From: Azolla caroliniana
Taxonomy: Eukaryota; Plantae; Polypodiophyta
Direction: 5' to 3'
Assembly (NCBI GenBank): GCA_043228905.1
Contig: JBHGNT010000012.1
Coordinates: forward strand, 7,254,001 to 7,318,000
Length of the DNA: 64,000 nucleotides
Shown here piece by piece: positions 52,728 to 64,000 of the stretch. The position numbers and the translations under genes were made by a program. Numbering within the stretch: position 1 is the stretch's first letter; each line of letters begins with the position of its first letter. The notes beneath the pieces were generated by a model that searched no databases, was not told where the DNA came from, and worked only from the letters and a program-made list of their open reading frames with translations.

Positions 52728-54077
52728 GTAAGTATAGACTAGAGTTTGTGTGAAGTCTCTGAAATGAGCTCAGTATTAGTTCTCTCACAGTATCTATCTT
52801 CTGAATTCTCGTCTTCCCCCAAACTGCTATGATTCCCCCCTCCCCCTTGTTTGTGCGCCTTCTATTGTGTATGAGGATCAATATATTTTTATTCTAACAT
52901 CAATGAAGCTTGTAGAAGAAAAATCTCTACATAAACTAATTTTTATGGCGACCAACAGTTTTTTTGCATATGTTTTTTTGTTTTTTTTGCGCATATATAT
53001 ATATATATATATTTCTTTTTTCTACCAAATAAGAGAATAAAGATAAAAATCTTTGCTTTTTTGGTAGATTTTTGTTTGGCGAACAATGGTTATTTTTTCT
53101 ATAATAAATCCACATTCATTCTCACGAATGTGATTACCCAATCTTATATAGTTTCTATTTAATATAAAGAAGAGCTTAAATTTAGCACAAAGATGAACAT
53201 AAGTTTAGCGCAAAGAAGAACATAAGTTCAGCCTACAGAGGACTATGAATATAGTCTGAAGTGTCTTGATGCATACTGTATAAGTTAGATCAGAGAGTGG
53301 AAAAAAACCCTTTATTTTACCATTGATTTGTCTCATAATTATATCAATGTGTGCTAAACTAGCAATGGATGTACGATTCACCCACACAACTATCGAATTA
53401 TGTCATATTCCACATCATCAGAGGTTCTATTATTGTTTCCATTGATATTGGAATTTTTTCTGGTTTAGTCACGATTTAAAATCTTTGAATTGGTATCAAA
53501 AGATTACATTGATTTGTCACATTAGTACACTTTCAGATATTGGTGACAAAAATAACATATTCACAAGTTTTAAGATGATTTACCCCAAGTTTCAAAGGTA
53601 TTTGTAAAGTTGATACATCAAGAAAATGTGAACTATATTAGGAAAAAAAAAGTATATGTAAGCCACTATATATATTAAGCTATGGTTATTTTAGAAGTTC
53701 ACCAATCATACCATTTGCAGGAAGCTTGAAAAGGCAGCGTGCATCATGTATATGTAATGTAATCTCGTTTTTTTCCCGGATTTGTACTTTCAGCATGTGT
53801 AAGAGATGAAATACTAGATTTTCTTGAACATGGGAGAGATGAGGAGTTGAACAAATGGTGTACAAAAAACAAAGAAGAATGTTGAATAGTTCAACTCATT
53901 TGCACCACAGGTGTGTGTGTGTGTGTGCATGTATTTGTGGATTTAACTTTCATTCATGAATCTGAATTTGATGTATTCCAGAATGTCTATTTTGTGAAGT
54001 AAATGATTCCGTTGTGTGGCAGATTCCATATTGAGCTCCATACACCTTGAAAAATCAGCTCTCAGGCACGCACAGTC

Positions 54078-57000
54078 ATGGACAATGTTATGATGACAGT
54101 TAGAGCTAAATTCTTAACGACTCCAAAAAGCCCTGGTTTTCCTGGTGTTCTGATGTTGGTGAGTAACTTCACCAAGAAAGAGAGAAAGAAAGATATATTA
54201 ACGTCTTTTAAGAGGTCAAAATGGGCCAAACAAGATATTGCATCTTAAGTGTTGTCTTGTCTTTGAGAACAACAAATCAAAATAAAATAAATGTTACTAA
54301 GTAAGCATAAAAATAATAAGATAAAAAGAGACTAAAGAAACGTGTTATCGGCACTGTTTGATTCTCAAGTCAGATATGTTGTAGCTTTTGTCTTCGAAAT
54401 ATCTCTAGCATAGGTTGATCCAGAACGGAGAGGTCTCTGAAGCGAGGGAAGCACCTGTGATAGTGGGAGATAATGACCTTTATTAAGGGCTGAATCAGTC
54501 CAAGAGGCTAATGTATAATATAATGATGTTCATGTCCTGATTGATATATGAAAATAGGAAATGGACGGGGTGAAAACTATATATTGATGATTGGGGCTCT
54601 TATAAACATTACTATTTTGCTTATACTTTTCAAGTATTTCAACAGGCTGACTCAAATAATGTGATATCATCAAAATGATTTTTAGTGCCTCTAGAGTATC
54701 AAGGCCTCTGTTCCTATCGCATCCCTTATCTAGTTTAGTTGGAAATAGAGAAATGTAAGTTGGAGTCAAGGTGGATTGAAGAAGCTAATTATATATAGGC
54801 TCAGATGGTAATTATAATTGTAATATCTTTTTATGGCAATGTGACTTGGTAACTGGGCATCTTAGTGCCTTCAATCTGGATAGTGTGTGATTGGGGAGGA
54901 GACATTAATCTGTTCTTTTTTTTGCAGAATGATAATAAATTTCAATGGAAATCAAATGATCCAAATGTGGCATCACATCTTGATGTGCAGTTCCAAGCCA
55001 TTAAAGGTGAGAGAGAGTGAGGGAAATGAAACAAATGAGATGAAACTTTATTTGTTAACATCTTCCAAAGGACAAAATGTCCTCTGAATCAAAATAATTC
55101 ACATGTATTTATACTTAAGATTTGTCTATTCATACTTAGATTCATTTACAGCCATGGATGTTCTGTGGGTTTACTTGGAACAATTGGGTCTCCATATATA
55201 TCACTTCAAAGAGTCACTGGAATTCAGTGGTGCATCTTTTGAATAAACTAATTACTAGATGGATTGATTCTTCTCTAAGAGAAGGAACAGAATTGGTTGA
55301 GATTCAGCTGGAGATACTATAGATAAATTGAAAAATCACATGCTTACTAGGAAATCTATTTGTTCATCACAGATTAAACAAAATCGAGATCGAATAATAT
55401 GTAGGGACCTGTCTGATCCAAACCACTGTCTGATGATAAGAACAATAAAGGAAAGACGCTGTTCCTAGCTGGCCTGCCCTTGGATAATTGAAGAAATGCT
55501 TGACCGTAATACATCCGTTGGTTAGAGTCTGCCACTTCTAATTCTTGGTACTGAGTATGCAAGTGACACGAAGTATGCTTTCGCCAGAGTCCTATGTAGG
55601 CCTCTATAGATTGACATCAATATCCTTCTTCGTAAGGTGCCTAGTTGAGTGTGTTTGCTTATACAGAATGGAGCTCTGGATCCATCGATGCAATCTTTGC
55701 TTATATTGGAAAGAACCGTGCATCTGAGGGCGATCAAGCTGAATGACAATCAACTAGGTTCACCTGAACAGGATGCCACACAAGTGCTTTCAAATCTGGT
55801 GTTTGACTGGAGTCCTCAGTCCTGGGTGTGTCAAATCTCGCAGCTTTACCTAGAAACATTTCATTTGGAACCCATCATTCATTAATTGTGTAAGTTAGTA
55901 AAACAAACTATCAGAGCATGATGTTCAAGAGGGGCTAGTTAAGGTCATCCTACTACCACATTGCTGACATTTTCATAACCAAACATCAACACTAGCATCT
56001 CTCTGTGCTATGATTTTTTAGCTATCTCAATTTTCAATGTCCTAGAACCAATAAAAGCTGCACAACCTGACATATACCTCAGAAATTTCATTAGTTCTAA
56101 AGGTTTTAATATGCTTCTAAAAATTTGGGTGTTTTTAAGCACAGTCTAATAACCCAATATTTGAATGATGGAAAACAATGTTCCTTACTTGGATGGGTAC
56201 TCCTCTGCCATCTGAAAAATGCAAAGTATGTATGGTTATAAGTGAGTTGTTAATATGCAGGTCTTCGAGCCAATAAAGAGAATCCCAAATTTAAAAAGGC
56301 TCTATTAAATATGGGGAAGGATGAGGAGATGAAGGTAAATTGAAATTTGAATCTTAACTGCAATCTTATTACGATTTTTTGTTTACAAGATACTGGCAAA
56401 TGGGAAGAATGATGTTATGATTGTAAAACGTTATGTCAAGAAATGTTACTAAGCTCTTTCCTTTTCCTGCTATAACATCCCTAAGCTATGGTATAGTTGT
56501 TCCTCTCTTATGTTAATCAATACTTAAGGCAGACACTTACTATTTTGATATTTGAATGCAAAGAGGTTAAGGAAAAACATTACCTTCATGATATGAATTG
56601 ATGGAATCGCTTGGATGTTGGAATGCTTTCTAACTGCTACATCAATTGGTTGTATTCACCTACTCTTTGTGGTGAAATTAACATGTTAAACTTCCACTAA
56701 CTAACACAAGTTTGGTGCATTCAAAGTCTTGCCGCTGCTAATCCACCTATATGTTTCCCAAACTCTCTCTTTTGTTGTATCTAATAGCTCCTTTGTCTTG
56801 AGATAGTTGGCAAGTAGAATTTCAATGTCACTTGAAACAACCAACTTGAACAAGGGTTAGAGTTGGGAGGGAATGATTTTTTTTCTAATTGTCTGATCAT
56901 CCTGAAGCTAGGATTGCAGTCTCCTTAGCAAGCATATAATCATTTTTTATAAAATTTTCTAAGTAGGTTTTAATAATAATTTTCTTGAAATGTGCAGGAA

Positions 57001-60000
57001 GGATATCTTTTTGAGTTCAATAACTTTGCGGACCGAGATGAATGTCGCAATCTTGTCGGTATAACTTATCTCACTCTTGGGATGTAGGAGGTGGTGTATA
57101 ATGTTTTAATAGAGGATGAATGAAAGAAAGGTTACATCATGAAAAGGAAGAAAACTCAATTTACTCTAGTCTCGTTAGATTGCACTATAATTTAGTCTCG
57201 TTGAAGGTGTTTTTTTGCAGGTAGAACTTTTAATTTTCTTTGTGTAATTGAGCTCTTGTCATCTTTGTTACTGAGAACTCATAGGGGCTGTTATGCAGCA
57301 AAAATTTTGCAGAAATATCAACTGGAGGGTGGATCCAAACTACCATCAGAAGGGCAATCAAAACCTTCACTTGCAGAACCTGCATTTCCTACAGAACAAC
57401 TTAATCGCAAAGAAATGGATAGAAGGATGAAACTTTTGAGTGAGGACATGTAAACTGCTGCTCTAGTTTGTACTTTATTATTTATACATGATAAAATCTT
57501 ATTTCTTTAATTGTATGCTAATTAATGGCCACACATTTTGACTTGTTTAATAATGAATGTACTAGTGCAGAGGTTATCAAAATGAATTACTTGGTTTTGA
57601 TGATAGAATATCAAAAGAGAATATTTCTACTTCACCTTTTCCTATAGCTATGAAATCCATTTGTGATGGGATATTAAAGTGAGTGACTATTTTGTATAGA
57701 AAAACATTGACTTTTTAGAGGTGATCTAGGGAACTGCAGAAACTACATCAACAACTTGTTATAAATGGAGTTATTTCTGAGGCTGATTTTTGGGCTGCAA
57801 GAAAGGTGCTCCCCTTATCTTTGATGCAACAGATAACTGTGAACATGGGATTACCATTAAAGCTTACTAACCGCAGTTGTTGTACTCAGACACATGATGA
57901 AGATGCATTAAAGTTCCAGAAACAAAGAGTGGGTTTGAAGAGTGCAATGCTCACAGATGTCCGACCTATCCACGATGGTCGAGTAAGTTACTCTGTGAAA
58001 ACATAGCATCCTTCTATGCATTCTTTAAGATTAGTAACATCTTGATTTTTACCATGCAGACGAACAAAGTAACCTTCAATTTGACGTCAGATATCATCCA
58101 CCAGGTAAATAATATCACACTTGCAAAGTAGCACTGATTATGGAGCCCTAAAATGGGCATAAAGTTTTATTAAAAGTACTAGTTTTCAAATTCTATCATG
58201 GATAAGTTTCCCATAACTCTATACCATGAGTCTATTATACATAAGAAGCCAGACGTGGGCTATAGTGTCACTCTACAAGTAGCCCCTGTTAGTCAAAGAG
58301 AAAGAGAGTTGCCCCTAGATTAGAGGGAATGTATGGAGCAGCTCTACCCAAATTATTGCCAAGGTTTCTGTCATGGATGATTTTTCTCCATGAAGATTGT
58401 GAGTGTATTCGGGCTTCCAAATGTAGGATAGAAAAAAGTCTAGAGGAGAAAGAAATATTATATTAAACATCTCTAAAGAAGGCTATGGTGGCCAACAAGA
58501 CTATCTATCAGGCTGGTCTGGTTTGGTTCTGTTCGGCTTGACTGGAGCTGAATTTAACCATTTCAAACTGAACCATTTTTTTAGCATTAATATGAACTTA
58601 CCTGAGCCAAGTTAAGTTGTCAAACCATTTAAACTGGAAGTGTTTTAGTCAAACTGTTTAGTCTATACTAAAACTTGAACAAAAGAAATGAATATAAAAA
58701 GGAACATAAACCAAACTGTTTGAGTGATGAATCCATTAAGCCATTAAACCAAACTCGAAACTATTAAATGATTAAACCATTAGAGCAAACCTGGAACCCA
58801 TAAACCATTAAACTGAAAGTAAACATATGTGCATGTATTCAATTTAACATGAACTTAGGAAAAAAACAGAAACTTTCTCATAATCACATGAATGAGTGAA
58901 GTGAAATGTAGCTATTCATGAAGCAAAGAGAATTCTGCACATTTTAGCACTGAAGCAAAATACAAACTTGAGCACATCCAAACCTAAATTAATGTTTGTT
59001 TTTTCAAAGTTTCTACCATGATTATCACTTAAAATAAAATCTAATCTCTGAAATTTCGTAGCCAAATCCTCCAAAGTTATACTTAAATCTTCATATGCTT
59101 TGTGAAAGTCATCAGGTATTGACACATTAGGTTATGACACATTAGGTTATTCTAAGATTCCATTTGTGGAAATTCCAAAAACTAAAAGTCTAATAGATGA
59201 ACTGTATGAAACCATTAAGGCAAGTGGAATCAGGCTAGAAACTGCTAAACCATTTTAGTTTGGAGCTGAACTAACTTGAACCCTATAGCTTTAAGGCAAA
59301 CTGAACCAAGCAGAACTGGAAGAAAGAGTGAAACTTAAAAAAACCAAACTGAGCTAGCATTTTGAAACTGATAAGCCATTTAGCTGTGGCTTAATGGTTC
59401 ATTTCGGCTCAAGCAGAACTAGGGCTGATGGCTATATGAGACCCATACTTGTTACAATCATGGTATCATTTGATATCTGATCAAAGCTCTGTGAGCTGAG
59501 CTATACGAACAAAGTAATCTAGTAAGCAAATGCTATTATATGAAAAAGAAATGAACTGTGATCTTTGTGAGAAGAAGAGAGAACAGCATTACCACTAATG
59601 ATAGTTTTCATCACAAGAACACCATGAATGAAGAACAAAAGATAAGGAGATGTCTCAACTCAGGTGATTCTTGGCCATGCTGCTGCTGTGCCATAAGGGA
59701 ACCTGCTTTTTGCTCTATAGAAGCTTGTATAGTTTGTACGAGTGGGTTGCATGTATTGTGTTTGAGATTCAAGCATGTGCTTTGTATTCATAGCTACAAG
59801 GCAGTCAGCACAGATTCATCCACTGTCAATTATCTCATGTATTTTCTGGGAATTTCTCTATTTATACCAGAAGTATGATGTGAAGATTAGGACAAATTTC
59901 AATACTGTCTAATATGAGCAGGTCCTGAATCAAGATATCAATCTGTTTATGTGCGATATAATGATCTTGGACACAATGCTTGAATGACTGTTCTGAAAGG

Positions 60001-63000
60001 AGTTGGTCTAATACAAGTGAAGGGTTCTGTCTATGAGTGCTACAAAAAGAAGATAAGGGTTTTGATAAATCAGTGAACGTTTTCCATTGGAAATCTTATA
60101 ACTATATTAAAAAAATTCTTATAATTACAATTGATGGCCTAGGTTAATAGTTATATCAAGGCTTTTACCCTTAGGTCCGTTTATGTGTTTTTAATTTCTA
60201 CCTTATATACATGCACAGATATTTGCAGAAAAGCCGGCAGTACATAGAGCGTTTCTTTCAAATGTTCCATCAAAGGTAAATTATTCACTGAAGTCATATG
60301 GATATGCTTTGAAGATTGTGTCTGGCTTTTTAGGTATGGAAAAGAGTGTTCGTTGTAGAATAGATTTGAGGTTCCATTGTGAAAATTTAATTACAGTTTT
60401 TTTATTTTCTGCATATTGAAGATTCCAACTATTTGGGACTTTGTTTATATATCTTAGAACAGGGATAATTCCTTATTTCTTTGAAGTTACTCATTGTTTC
60501 CCAAACTCAGTTTTTTGAATTATTCTACTTTTTGGGTTTTTAGATGACTGAAGTGGAATTTTGGACGAAATATTGTCGAGCAGACCTGATACATCGGACG
60601 CATATACAAGCAGCTGTTGCGGCGGAGGCTGAAGCAGATGAGCAGCTTGCAATCTTTTTGAAAGATGATGACATAATTGCAAGTGAAACCAAAAAGAAGG
60701 TCAGCGGGATGTTTTCATGAAAATTTCTTCTCTGTCTCATATCTTTCACATCAGAGTACTGGGATCTTTCTCAAAATCTTTTTCTTTGAGAACCACTTTT
60801 CTTGATCTTATATGTAATGTAATTATTTTGGTTTTGCAGATCAGAAAGGTGGATCCAACTGTTGATATGACTGCGGACGTTGCTGACGATTATTTATCAC
60901 AACCTGTATTTTGCTGAGCCCTCAGTTGATTCTTTCTACTTTTCTTGCCATTTATTTTGCTATTTAATGTTTAAATCAAATGGAAATATGGTTTTTTACC
61001 ATCTTTTTGAGGACAGTACTCTGCTGTGCTGATCCTTTCAACTTCTCTTTCCATTTATTTTGCAGTTTAATGTTTAACATGTATGAACCCTAAATTTTTA
61101 CTATCCTTTCAAGGAAAACAATATTCTGATACAGCAAAGAAGCAAGCACCACTTTTCAAGAAACAACAAAAATGTGTGAGAATATCCAGTTTTCCGGCAG
61201 CAGAGAGGGTTTTCTTTCAGAATTAGTTTTGTGCAATCCTTGCTTATTTGATGAGAGTACACCGTCGGTCTTGTCATGACATCCCTTAGAATAGTCATGC
61301 AGTATTCAATGTCATTAACACACATTGGCTGCTGCTGTTACAAATGTATTTCAGTAATTCTTTCATGTAGTGATTTTCCTCCCCATATATTTATGAGAGA
61401 ATTGATAAAAAAAAATGCCTAGCTGATGGATTCCTCAATCCAATCTTATGTGATCTTTATGAATTCAAGTCACAATGCTTACAGTGAGTTCTATCTGAAC
61501 TTGTCTGGCAATATACCAACTCATTCAAAGGTCAGAAAAGGAAACCAAACCATCTTTTGGGTGTTATTTTGCTTGTGAGAACCCTCCAAAAGATTCATTT
61601 TGCCATAGTAAGATCATCAATTGGTAAGTCCTCCACTCAAGGTATCAAGTTTGGAGTGAGGGGGAAGGTCTTAAGAAACTAGAGATAGCACAGAAGTTTA
61701 ATCTTTGGGGTTGGATATGATGGTGCACCGCCACTTCTACATGAAGTGCAATTAGCTTCATAAAGAAAGAATGGAGGTTTACAACTAGCTAATACTTCTT
61801 CGAAGACTTTAAGATTACTCTATATTGTATAATATTGTTGTAATGCTCATTAGTAATATTTATATTGTATAATATTAACCTTTGGGGTTAGGTATGATGA
61901 TGCACTGCCACTTCTCCATGAAGTGCTAGTAGCTTCAGAAAGAAAGAATAGAGGTATTTGACTAGCTAATACTTCTTCTAAGACTTTAGGATTACTCTAT
62001 ATTGTATAATATTGATACAATGCTTTTTATAAATGGATTTGGCCAGCTCATTTTTGACTACTCTTGTAAATGTTAGTCGAGCTCAACAAAGCAAGAGTAT
62101 TGTCGTATTATTTTTAGTGCATGCATGCCTATGCCAGAGGTTCCAATGTTTTACTGATTGATGATTCAGTATTATTGTGTTTGTACATTTTTACCTTGTG
62201 ATATTTTCACCTCAATTGCCAATTTTAACTGGTAAATGAAGTTTTAAGGTGAAGGTAGTTTTTTTATGGATAATAGGAAGAATTCCTAATATGTTTCCCA
62301 GGGGCATGGTATATTCCGAGATGGAAGCAAGGAAAATGTAGTTGATGATGCAACACAAATAAAGAGGATGCTGGTGCATGATATTAATAGACATGCATCA
62401 GTTGTGCTTGACGGTCGTGTTCTAGGTTTGTTTCTTTATATATGCTTTTTTGAAGTGTTATGTCAGGATGATTTGATAAAGTTAAGATGAAACTGATACA
62501 TAATAGGTTTATGCATATGTGCTTTTGAAAGGGTGATTTTTTTATGGTTTTTGTAACTCTTTAAACCTGAATTCAAGGTTTTGCTCAAGCAATCAAACTA
62601 TATGACGTGCATCATGTTTCAATATTTTTGGCTCCTAATGAAGTGTACTTGTTTAACTGTATATCAAATTAATTAAAGGATTTGAGTGATGGAAAATATT
62701 GCTGGGTTAGGTCATACGTCTGTTATGGTGATTGTCTGAAAATTGAAAGATTGTTAATAAGGTGGCTAGGTACTTTCCATGTGATTTTTTACAATGTGTT
62801 CCCGGAGTCAGAAATGAAAATCCAGTCTCTGTTCACTTTATAAGAACCTACTATTCTTCTGCTTGTTAAAACAGTGGTTGCTTAGGCATGCCTGTGTTTG
62901 CACTTCTCTTGTGTCACGTGGAAATTAGTTTCAATTCATTTGGTGACTGCTTGATTGGAATTCATTCACAATGTATGGCTGGAAGCTATTAGTATTGTTC

Positions 63001-63743
63001 TATTCTCCAATGCAATCTTTTTTTTTCTACATATTTAAGCTAAACCTTTAGCCTTAATTCTAAACCCTAAACCCTTATCTGGTATGGATTGTGCAGATGT
63101 TGAGGGTTTACGTGATACAACCACTGTTGCACATGCTCTTTTGGTTGCGAAGGAAGGTATTTTTCTTTAGTTTTTGCTGGTCTATATTTCATAATCATTT
63201 CCTTGTTCAAGATTCATTTCCTTGCTTGTTTTTCAAGTTTTTACTAGTTTGTGTAAATGTCTTCTTCCCAAATGACCTATCTCCTAGTACTATGTGTGAT
63301 GCTTGGTCATTGGTCTTCCTGTAGGTGGTATGCCCCCTAAGGAAGATGAGGGAACGCTTATGCAAAAACGATCAGAAAGAGTACATGAAATGACCAAAGT
63401 TGATGATTTGGAGGGACCACGAGCGCCTCCATATATACCTCTCTGTATTCAGGTAGGAAGAACCTATCTCTTGTGGAAGCTAACGGAAGTTCTCATCCTA
63501 TTCTTTATTGGTTCATTTTTTCTATGGCATTATAATCCTATCTTTCAGGATCCCCGGAGTTACTTTGATTCGCAACGCCCCAATGTTACCGAAATAGGGT
63601 CTTTAGATGCAGGAACAAAGTTGTCATCAGCATCCATACTAACACATCCAGATGAAGTTCTTTCTGCTTTCTCCCAACAATGTGAAGAGCTTCGTGCAAA
63701 GATTTCAATTGATGCGGCTGTTGTTCCAGATGTAGCAGCAAGG
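54078..63743 (+). CDS. TFB1: General transcription and DNA repair factor IIH subunit p62 (TFB1/GTF2H1), 5' portion; continues beyond the window
   Basis: Phase-consistent GT-AG exons: 54078-54158, 54928-55006, 56261-56334, 56998-57058, 57299-57449, 57730-57805, 57890-57982, 58060-58104, 60219-60275, 60544-60699, 60840-60905, 62302-62425, 63097-63156, 63325-63452, 63549-63743. PH-like N-terminus (YLFEFNNFADRDECR) and two BSD domains (ISEADFWAARK; QIFAEKPAV...MTEVEFWTKY). Also IRKVDPTVDM, DINRHASVVLDG and IQDPRSYFD. Confidence 0.92.
55370..55880 (-). mobile_element. Possible decayed LINE RT fragment in intron 2 of TFB1
   Basis: Minus-strand peptides TLAKAYFVSL and FLQLSKGRPARNSVFPLLFL loosely resemble the LINE RT motifs KAYD and RQGxPLSPLLF, in the expected order. 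Confidence 0.35.
58505..59432. mobile_element. Possible decayed hAT-like MITE in intron 8 of TFB1
   Basis: Dense AAACCA/AACTGAAC motifs at both ends and weak terminal inverted similarity. No clean TSD. Confidence 0.35.
61700..62014. repeat. Diverged ~177-bp tandem duplication in intron 11 of TFB1
   Basis: CTTTGGGGTT.G.TATGATG.TGCAC.GCCACTTCT...GATTACTCTATATTGTATAATATTG at ~61700 and ~61877. Confidence 0.85.
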
Positions 63744-64000
63744 GTAGTTGTCTCTTGTTTTCTCTAAAAGCAATAACTTAGCTATATGTTTTCTTATCTT
63801 GTATGATCTAACCTGTATGGCCTCTCAGAGAATTTAATATATATTAACTTTCTTTCTGGCCTATTTTCTCTTGATATGCTGAATTGTAACGTAATATTCC
63901 TGTAGATGTTTTGTGGACTAAAAAACATTCCTCTTTGTTGAGGGTTCTATCTTAGGTTCTTAACGAGCTCACACAGTACATATCGAACCGGAAGTTTCAA

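Noticed and set aside
61877-62014. Intronic C/D snoRNA pair (ATGATGA motif)
   Set aside because: The box C motif is imperfect in the first copy, and there is no suitably placed CTGA box D or terminal stem.
63062-63076. Telomere-like TAAACCC repeats
   Set aside because: Only about two units; at most an isolated telo-box.

Overview
Land-plant nuclear DNA. The element families look fern-like, but that is inference. There are three host genes: a 5-exon tropinone-reductase-like SDR (minus strand, ~270 aa, one GC-AG intron), a kinesin-8-like motor (minus strand, with an 18-aa tandem repeat in its tail), and the 5' part of TFIIH p62/TFB1 (plus strand, at least 15 coding exons, running off the right edge). 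The rest is mostly transposable elements. These include a three-level Ty1/copia nest at 1-6.5 kb, a MULE-like and a hAT-like non-autonomous DNA transposon, and a ~24-kb nest of copia/gypsy elements and solo LTRs at 27.8-52 kb. The most unusual object is a young 4.36-kb copia (35965-40324, TSD AAGGG, near-identical LTRs). Its single uninterrupted ORF fuses Gag in frame to the middle of integrase, so it lacks the zinc knuckle, the protease and the first catalytic Asp of integrase. I see no CRISPR arrays, no rRNA or tRNA genes, and no clear evidence for a wholly new system beyond the findings listed. All coordinates were read by eye and no searches were run.
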